DNA of 60,241 bases, filler included. It is 6 parts of 6 records of this genome, joined end to end, with 100 filler letters (N's around TTAATTAATTAA, not from the genome) between each part and the next. Parts side by side here need not be neighbours in the genome. Positions count along the whole stretch, not along the records: positions 53,420 to 60,241 come from SRR31156797_5723; 5 more parts are not named here. One strand, 5' to 3'. Position 1 is the stretch's first letter. The number at the start of each line of letters is the position of its first letter. Below, piece by piece: positions 53,545 through 60,241 of the stretch. The translations under genes and the position numbers were made by a program. The notes under the pieces were generated by a model. The model was not told the origin of the DNA. It searched no databases and saw nothing but the letters and a program-made list of their open reading frames with translations.

Positions 53545-54693
53545 TTATTTTTTCTTCTTTTCATGCACCATTGATGAGATTCCTACAGTTATAGGAATAC
53601 ATAAAATAAGACCAATACTTCCGCAAATACTTCTAATAATTTCTGTTGCAATAATATCTAAGTTCATTATTTCTTTAAAGTTCATCTTTAATGCCATAAA
53701 TAATAGAAGTAATTGAAGTGATCCACCTGTATAAGCTAAAATTAGAGTATTCGACATTGAACCCATTATATCTCTTCCAATATTCATTCCTGATCTCATA
53801 AGTTGTTTAGTTTTAATTTCAGGGTGTATACTTTTGATTTCCCAAATAGCAGAAGAAATGGATAGAGCAACATCCATAACAGCTCCTAGAGAGCCTATTA
53901 TGATCCCACAAAACAATATCCCTCTATAGTCAAGGAATCTCCCGCCCATAACATACACTAAGCTCTGTGCCTCTTCAGAGCCCATTCCTACTAAGTTAGC
54001 CATATTTCCTACTAAATATGCTAAACCTCCTCCTAAAGCGACTCCACTCACTGTACCGAATATTGCACAATAACTTTTTTCATTGAAGCCGTTTAATATA
54101 AATAAAGTAAGTGATGAGATTAAAATTACAGTTATTATCGCTAACAGAATTGGATTATAGCCTTTTAGCAAAAGTGGAAGTAAAACGAAAATAACCGTCG
54201 TTAAGGTAAGCGCAATAGTTATTACTGATTTTAAACCTTTTACACCTCCTATTAACAGAAGTAATAAAATAAACAATCCTACAATAAAATAAATATACTT
54301 CTCCTTGGATCTTTCAAATATTTTTAAGCCATTTAATTTTCCGTCTTCATCTGTATATTGATATAAAAGTATTTTTTCCCCTTTTTCAAATATAAGTTTA
54401 TATGGTGTTATTTGATAAATTGTATTTCTCAAAGTAAAGCTCTTTCCTTTAAATTTTCCATTTAACAACTTTACTTTAATATGCTGATATCTAATATCTG
54501 ATTCGATAGCAATCTCTCTCTCTTCAGCAGTGTCATCATATGGTATATCAATAATTTCAGCTTTAATAATCTGATATTCGTTTCTAGCGATCTCTTCATC
54601 ATAATACTCTTTAAGCCCGCTGACATCATTCGAAGCATGAATTGATATATTTAGCAATATATTCAATAATATTAAATATAATATTTTTCTCAT
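53545..54693 (-). CDS. YibE/F family membrane protein (copy 2)
   Basis: Extracytoplasmic N-domain; GAVMDVALSISS, NIGRDIMGSMSNTLILAY, GSIGL...PIT. Confidence 0.9.
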   Translation of the reverse strand: MRKILYLILLNILLNISIHASNDVSGLKEYYDEEIARNEYQIIKAEIIDIPYDDTAEEREIAIESDIRYQHIKVKLLNGKFKGKSFTLRNTIYQITPYKLIFEKGEKILLYQYTDEDGKLNGLKIFERSKEKYIYFIVGLFILLLLLIGGVKGLKSVITIALTLTTVIFVLLPLLLKGYNPILLAIITVILISSLTLFILNGFNEKSYCAIFGTVSGVALGGGLAYLVGNMANLVGMGSEEAQSLVYVMGGRFLDYRGILFCGIIIGSLGAVMDVALSISSAIWEIKSIHPEIKTKQLMRSGMNIGRDIMGSMSNTLILAYTGGSLQLLLLFMALKMNFKEIMNLDIIATEIIRSICGSIGLILCIPITVGISSMVHEKKKK

Positions 54694-54735
54694 TTAATTA
54701 CCTCATTACTTTTCACTTTTATTATTCTATAAATA

Positions 54736-54765
54736 AGCACCTTGCCATATAAATGACAAGGTGCT
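54736..54765 (-). terminator. Hairpin after the LysM nucleotidase
   Basis: Minus strand AGCACCTTGTCAT-TTAT-ATGGCAAGGTGCT then TATTT. Confidence 0.7.
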
Positions 54766-54800
54766 CTATATTATAAATCAAAATTTATTATAATTTTAAT

Positions 54801-56477
54801 TTATTTTGCTGGTACATATAATGTTTTTCCAGCATAAATCATATTAGGGTTTGCAATATTATTGAAGTCAGCTAATTCTTCAGCAGAAACATCGTGTTGA
54901 TTTGCAATTCTTCCTAAGATATCTCCAGATTGTACTCTGTATTTTTCAACTTCAATGATCATACTCTCCACATTAGGAATCATTACTGTTCCTTGTGTTT
55001 TGATATCATTAACTAATACGTCTCTAATTTGAGCATATGTATCTACAACATCTTGTGCAGCTTTGAAGTTATATCTATCTCCACCACTTAAAATAAAGTC
55101 ATTTGTAACAAGAGTATAGTATGCATTGTCCATAACTTCAGAGCCATCTTCTAAGTATAACTTAACTAATCTGTCTCCATGAGGCATTGATGGGTCGTAT
55201 GCTACAAATAATCCTGCAAATTGACCATCTGTCATGAAGTCAGCTTCTAAACCATGATCAACTAAATCTTTTAAATGTGCTCCAGTTACCTTCATTGTAA
55301 CAACTTGATTATCAAACGGCATTACTTCGTACATATCACCCATTGTAATATCTCCGGCATATAAAGATCTTCTAAGACCTCCACCATTAGTTAATCCAAC
55401 TTGTACATCTGCTGATTTTCTCATTGCGTTAGTAGCCCAGTAACCTAATTTAGAAAGGTTTTTCTCTGATCTATTATGAGTCATCTCTTCATTTAATTTT
55501 CCAATAACTTTATCTAGTACAGGTTTTAACTCAACTTCTCTTTCAGCTAATACTTCAGCACTTGATTCATCTGCAACTATATCAGATTTTTTCTTATAAA
55601 CAACATCTACTGCCGCCATAACATCTTTATTTCCATTTTCATCTACTGTTAAAGTTAATCTTCCTAATGATCTACCATATTTATATGCTTGAACTACAGC
55701 TACACCATTTAATTTTCCTGCAACAGTTTTATGGCTATGACCTGTGATAATTGCGTCTATTCCATCTACCGCTGCTACTCTTTCAAGCTCTTCTCCAGAG
55801 ATTTCTTTAGTATTTCTATCTTGGAAACTTGGAATATGAGTTAAAGCAACTACTAAATCAGGTGTTCCCTCTGGAGCTTTTCCAGCTTTAAGATAATCTA
55901 CCCACATTTTAGCTGCTACATCAGATTTTTTGAATTCTAAGTTTTCGATGAACTCAACTTTCGTTGTATAAATAGTTTGCTCAGTTGCAAGTCCGATAAG
56001 AGCTAATTTAACTCCATCAAACTCTAACATTTTATATGGTTTTGCCCATTTTACAGGTTCACCTGTTGTTTTATCATAAATATTCGAAGCAAGATAATCA
56101 AAATTTCCATCTTTTGACCATTTAGATATTCTCTCCGGTCCCCAGTCAAATTCATGATTTCCTACTGCTGAAGCAGTTAATTTCATTGCTTTCATCATAT
56201 CACTTACAGGTGCTCCATAAGTTAAATTTGATATAGCTGTCCCTTGATAGTTATCTCCCGCTGCTACAACTATCGTATTTGGATTCTCAGCTCTTGCCTC
56301 GTTAACATATCCAACCATTTTGGCCATACCTATGTTTTTACCTTTTTGCCTTGCGTCTTCTGCTACATTACCATGAAAATCATTAAAAGTAATAATATCA
56401 ATCTTTACCGTTTTTGCAAAACTTACTGCTGCCATTAAAATAAATAATAATACCATTTTGTTGAATCTTTTGAACAT
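54801..56477 (-). CDS. Secreted 5'-nucleotidase (UshA-like) with C-terminal LysM
   Basis: NDFHG, AGD, GNHEFD, GHSH, NGGGLR, PFDN; YRVQSGDILGRIA...NNIANPNMIYAG LysM. Confidence 0.92.
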   Translation of the reverse strand: MFKRFNKMVLLFILMAAVSFAKTVKIDIITFNDFHGNVAEDARQKGKNIGMAKMVGYVNEARAENPNTIVVAAGDNYQGTAISNLTYGAPVSDMMKAMKLTASAVGNHEFDWGPERISKWSKDGNFDYLASNIYDKTTGEPVKWAKPYKMLEFDGVKLALIGLATEQTIYTTKVEFIENLEFKKSDVAAKMWVDYLKAGKAPEGTPDLVVALTHIPSFQDRNTKEISGEELERVAAVDGIDAIITGHSHKTVAGKLNGVAVVQAYKYGRSLGRLTLTVDENGNKDVMAAVDVVYKKKSDIVADESSAEVLAEREVELKPVLDKVIGKLNEEMTHNRSEKNLSKLGYWATNAMRKSADVQVGLTNGGGLRRSLYAGDITMGDMYEVMPFDNQVVTMKVTGAHLKDLVDHGLEADFMTDGQFAGLFVAYDPSMPHGDRLVKLYLEDGSEVMDNAYYTLVTNDFILSGGDRYNFKAAQDVVDTYAQIRDVLVNDIKTQGTVMIPNVESMIIEVEKYRVQSGDILGRIANQHDVSAEELADFNNIANPNMIYAGKTLYVPAK

Positions 56478-56576
56478 TTCATGTCCTCCTTAAAGTTTAT
56501 ATTTTGCTGCCTTTTAGCTAATTCTAAGTAACTTTAGTAAAACTTAATATTTTTAATTTTAATGTTAAAAGGGCAA

Positions 56577-56606
56577 ATTTAGAGGCACGTAAACGTGCCT
56601 CTAAAT
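56577..56606. terminator. Perfect hairpin between the two nucleotidases
   Basis: ATTTAGAGGCACGT-AA-ACGTGCCTCTAAAT. Confidence 0.65.
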
Positions 56607-56630
56607 ATTGCTCTATATTATAGATAATGA

Positions 56631-58514
56631 TTACATGTCGTAAATATTAACAGATTTGATGTTTAATGTTCTTCCATCTTCTGACATAGGAATTACAATT
56701 TCACCAGCTCTGATTTTTTCGTAAATTGCATTAGATTGTGGGTAGTCAAGTTTAACACCTGTAATTCTCCAGTTATTAGCAACTTCAGGTTTTAAGATTC
56801 CACCGTTTTTCTTAGTATAGTCAATGATAAGAGCTCTAACTGTTCCATCAACCATTTCTAAGTATGAATCGAAGTATTTATCTTCAGCTGTTACCCATCC
56901 GTTTTTAAGAAGAGTTCCGAATCTGTAGTTATTAACTGCTAATTTATATGTTCTATTTACATTGAATGGTTTTCCATCAATTGTAATGTTTTCTAATCTG
57001 TTTCCAGCATTTTTTGATAAGTTAATATCATAGTCTAATCCGTAGAACATATCATAGTTATATCCTCTTACTTTAGGATTAAACGAGATAGTTACATCTC
57101 CTTTTTTCCAAGTGTTGTAGTAAGAAGCTGACCATTCCATATATTTAAGTAAGTTCTCTCCGGTAATTTCAACACCAACTAGAGTATTTGCATATTTGTA
57201 GATGAAAGCAACATCTTTTTTCTTGAAATCTCCAGCTTTTAAGTTTGATCCGAAGTTAAATAATGCCGCAGATGATACGTCTGCACCAGTATAAGCCATT
57301 TGAACTCTGTTAATTAAGTTAATTACAGCAGTGTCTTCAATTTGAGCTGTAGGCATAGTTGTAACAGTATCTTCACCAGTAATAATATCTACATACTCAA
57401 TAAAGTCTTCAGTTACTTCTCCTACAACTTTATTTGCATCTGCAACTGATTCATCATGAACATATTTAAATTTATCTAAAATTTCTTGATCAGCATCAAG
57501 AGTTTTAGTTTCAACATTTTCTGCTTCAATCTCTACTACAGTCCATTCACCATTGATTTTTTCTACAGTAATGTTAGCAGCAGCTAAAGCCCATCCATAT
57601 TTTCCTGGTTCGATGATAGTTACACCATTTACTTTTTCTACATATTTAGCATGCTCATGTCCACCAAAGATAATATCAAACTGAGGGAATGATTTTGCTA
57701 AATCATACATACCACTTCCGCCATATTCGCCATTTCTACCGATATGGAACGCTCCTACTAATACGTCATATTTTCCTTCTAACTTATTAACAGTTGCTTG
57801 AGTTGATTCAATTAATCTTTCGAAAGCTAAACCTTTGAAGTGATCCGGTGCTGAAGCTTCCCACATAGGAACGTGTGGAGGTGTTAATCCAACAACAGCT
57901 ACTTTTGCTCCATTTACTTCAAACATTTGGTAAGGTTGTACAAAATAAGTTCCATCTGCTTCATTATAGATGTTTGCTGATAAAACAGCTCCGTCAAAGT
58001 TTCTGATATTTCTTTCAATAAATTCTTTTTCAAAGTTGAACTCATGATTTCCTAATGTCCATACATCGTATTCCATTTCATTCATAGCTTCAACCATTGG
58101 ATGTGTTTCAAGATCGTTGAATAGTTCAGCACTATTATCTTGAACAGTATCCCCAACATCCATTAAAATCATGTTTGGATTGAATTCTCTAGCTTGTTTT
58201 ACAATTGTATTAATTTTAGCTAATCCAGCATCCTTGTCTGCTGAATCAATTGCATATTCATACGGATAAATTCTTCCGTGAACATCTGCAGTTGCTCCAA
58301 TTGTAATAATTTGCTCATCAAGCATTTCCGTACCTTTTACAATTACTTCAGGTTCTCTAGAATACTCTACTTCCTTAATTACCTCTACTTCTTTAATTAC
58401 TTCTTTTACCATAGGATCTGACATAGTTTCCATTTCAGAAACCTTGTTTGTTTGACAGCCAGCTAAAGCTGCTAAAACTGCCACAGATAAAAATAATTTG
58501 TTAAATCTGTTCAT
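56631..58514 (-). CDS. Lipoprotein metallophosphatase/nucleotidase (CpdB-like)
   Basis: LAGC lipobox; ADVHG, DVGD, GNHEFN, GGHEH, IYKYANTL, YNYDMF, NNYR. Confidence 0.9.
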   Translation of the reverse strand: MNRFNKLFLSVAVLAALAGCQTNKVSEMETMSDPMVKEVIKEVEVIKEVEYSREPEVIVKGTEMLDEQIITIGATADVHGRIYPYEYAIDSADKDAGLAKINTIVKQAREFNPNMILMDVGDTVQDNSAELFNDLETHPMVEAMNEMEYDVWTLGNHEFNFEKEFIERNIRNFDGAVLSANIYNEADGTYFVQPYQMFEVNGAKVAVVGLTPPHVPMWEASAPDHFKGLAFERLIESTQATVNKLEGKYDVLVGAFHIGRNGEYGGSGMYDLAKSFPQFDIIFGGHEHAKYVEKVNGVTIIEPGKYGWALAAANITVEKINGEWTVVEIEAENVETKTLDADQEILDKFKYVHDESVADANKVVGEVTEDFIEYVDIITGEDTVTTMPTAQIEDTAVINLINRVQMAYTGADVSSAALFNFGSNLKAGDFKKKDVAFIYKYANTLVGVEITGENLLKYMEWSASYYNTWKKGDVTISFNPKVRGYNYDMFYGLDYDINLSKNAGNRLENITIDGKPFNVNRTYKLAVNNYRFGTLLKNGWVTAEDKYFDSYLEMVDGTVRALIIDYTKKNGGILKPEVANNWRITGVKLDYPQSNAIYEKIRAGEIVIPMSEDGRTLNIKSVNIYDM

Positions 58515-58524
58515 ACCTTCCTCC

Positions 58525-59664
58525 TTAGAAATGTTTTGGTGTTGTTTCTTTATGCTTTTTAAATATAATTGTAGATATCGCTGCTGTTACGGGTACTGTT
58601 AAAACTATCCCTATACTACCTGCAAGCCCCTGTATAGCTTCTATCCCTATTAAAGGTATATTAATAAATTGTTTATACTTCATATTATAACCCCATATCA
58701 TCATTATAAGAGTTAGTGAACTTCCTGTAAAAGCTAAAATAAGAGTATTTGTCATTGTACCCATTATATCTCTTCCGATATTCATAAGTGAGTCGAAGTG
58801 CTCTCTAGAACTTAATGTTTTATCTGTTTGATGTATCTCATTACTTGAAGATGCAATTGACATAGCTACGTCCATTACTGCTCCAAGAGAAGATATCAGT
58901 ATAGAAACAAACATCAGTCCCTTAACCTTTATTCCATAATCTTTAGCTAAATAAAGAATCTGCTCTCCCTTCTCCATATTCACACCTGAAAGAGCTGCTA
59001 ATTTTCCAAAAATATATGATAATAAACCTGCTATTACTACACCACTAATAGTTCCAATGATAGCAGTAAGAGATTTCTTATTTATTCCACTAATTAAAAT
59101 AAAGCTGACAATAATAATTAAAGCTGAACACATTATTCCCATAGGAATAGGTTCAAAACCATAAAAAATCAATGGAATCAAAATTCCTATCACAACTGAA
59201 GCTGTAAAAAAAAGTGCAAGAAGTGATCTAATCCCACTTAATTTTCCTAAAATACAAATTATTGCTATAAATAATCCTGCAAGAACATATATAATTCTAT
59301 CCCTTTTATAATTATATGGCCAAAGAATTATTTTATTATCTTTTTCTCTTACTGTAAAAATAACTGTTAATCCCTTTTTAGCCAAAACATTATGCTGTTT
59401 AGTAATAGAATTATCTACTTCAAACTCCTGATCTTTGTATTCACCTTCGAGCAACTTAACTTTTAATTTTTGGTATCCAAGATATCTTCCATCAACATAG
59501 GGGTCTTTATTTATTTTTTCTTCTAGTATTTGTATAATTTCTCCGTTAACAAAACTCTGTTTAAAATAAGAAACCGGTTTCAGTTCCTTGTTAAAAAAAA
59601 TAGAGCCTGCTATCACAAGTATTGAAAATAAAAAAACTAAAATCTCTAACCTTCTAAATTTCAT
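58525..59664 (-). CDS. YibE/F family membrane protein (copy 1)
   Basis: AGGAG RBS; GAVMDVAMSIAS, NIGRDIMGTMTNTLILAF, GSIGI...PVT. Confidence 0.9.
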   Translation of the reverse strand: MKFRRLEILVFLFSILVIAGSIFFNKELKPVSYFKQSFVNGEIIQILEEKINKDPYVDGRYLGYQKLKVKLLEGEYKDQEFEVDNSITKQHNVLAKKGLTVIFTVREKDNKIILWPYNYKRDRIIYVLAGLFIAIICILGKLSGIRSLLALFFTASVVIGILIPLIFYGFEPIPMGIMCSALIIIVSFILISGINKKSLTAIIGTISGVVIAGLLSYIFGKLAALSGVNMEKGEQILYLAKDYGIKVKGLMFVSILISSLGAVMDVAMSIASSSNEIHQTDKTLSSREHFDSLMNIGRDIMGTMTNTLILAFTGSSLTLIMMIWGYNMKYKQFINIPLIGIEAIQGLAGSIGIVLTVPVTAAISTIIFKKHKETTPKHF

Positions 59665-59773
59665 ATTTCTCCTAAAAATCAATTTTTTAATATTATAACG
59701 ATATGCTCTGTATCCTATTATTACTTTAACTTCTTTTTACATTCATTTACAGTGGTTTTTACACACACTAAAG

Positions 59774-59802
59774 AGTATACTCCTCAATTTCAATTTTTTC
59801 AA
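59774..59802 (-). promoter_or_regulatory. Sigma70 promoter of the YibE/F-nucleotidase operon
   Basis: TTGAAA-N17-TATACT. Confidence 0.65.
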
Positions 59803-60022
59803 GTCCCTTTTAACGTTTTTTTACTTTATTATTGAAAAGTAAAATTCAAAACAAAATAAAGTTTATGATATTAGTAAATAATCCAAGAATATCTCTTTAT
59901 TTAATTACATGTTAATAGCATACTTATAGGTAAGTATGCTAATTATTTTTTATTGTAAACCTTGATGTTTTCTTCAAAAAAAATCAAGCTAAAGCCATAG
60001 ATAATAATGTCAAAATATAAAA

Positions 60023-60049
60023 AAAGGAAAGAGATAGACTCTTTCCTTT
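60023..60049 (-). terminator. Ferredoxin terminator
   Basis: AAAGGAAAGAG-N5-CTCTTTCCTTT with a T-tail on the minus strand. Confidence 0.8.
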
Positions 60050-60069
60050 AAAAAACAGTTATTATTTAA

Positions 60070-60240
60070 TTATCCTGCTGCGATTGCTTCAACTGGACAT
60101 GATCCTGTACATGCTCCACAGTCGATACAAGCATCTGAGATTTCATATTTTCCATCTGCGTCTGCTGAAATTGCTGTTACTGGACAAGTTCCTTCACATG
60201 CTCCACATCCGATACAAGCTTCTTTATCAATTACGTACAT
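60070..60240 (-). CDS. 2x[4Fe-4S] ferredoxin, 56 aa; below the ORF-track length cutoff
   Basis: MYVIDKEACIGCGACEGTCPVTAISADADGKYEISDACIDCGACTGSCPVEAIAAG: two CxxCxxCxxxCP motifs. Confidence 0.95.
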   Translation of the reverse strand: MYVIDKEACIGCGACEGTCPVTAISADADGKYEISDACIDCGACTGSCPVEAIAAG

Positions 60241-60241
60241 T

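Overview
The window is not one locus. It is six unrelated contig fragments joined by five 100-nt spacers (N44-TTAATTAATTAA-N44), so adjacency across a spacer means nothing. Taxonomy below is inferred from GC content and gene content. (1) 1-6165, AT-rich, Bacteroidota-like: penicillin-acylase-family gene (partial), DUF2147, radical SAM, coiled-coil membrane protein, and a TonB-dependent receptor behind a palindromic operator. (2) 6266-17806, GC-rich, Desulfobacterales-like: topoisomerase tail, truC, ChaN-like lipoprotein, phoH-HD-ybeY-pdxJ, cvpA-mazG-hisH-hisF, a flgM locus with sigma28 and sigma54 promoters, and a class II aldolase (partial). (3) 17907-39727, Vibrio core chromosome: miaB, ubiF, ptsH-ptsI-crr, cysZ-cysK, zipA-ligA, chitoporin, cueR, SPFH-NfeD, ybbN, SDR, TIGR01777, a DUF1538-DUF1538-PII-like-CBS operon, yfcE. 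(4) 39828-44852, Desulfobacterales-like: DJ-1, AraC-methyltransferase, surE-NUDIX-DUF554, a structured intergenic element, and a cNMP-domain gene (partial). (5) 44953-53319, GC-rich Alphaproteobacterium: cysS, cupin, cNMP protein with a Pro/Ala/Gln tail, DUF2333, MaoC + signal-less solute-binding protein + CoA transferase, amino-acid SBP. (6) 53420-60241, very AT-rich anaerobe (Fusobacteriota/Firmicutes-like): YibE/F, two surface nucleotidases, YibE/F, ferredoxin. I found no CRISPR array, intact transposase, tRNA or rRNA. The best candidates for uncharacterised systems are the DUF1538 pair with opposite charge bias plus PII-like and CBS partners, the YibE/F-nucleotidase operon, and the MaoC/cytoplasmic SBP/CoA-transferase module. 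All family calls are by motif recognition; no database search was run.
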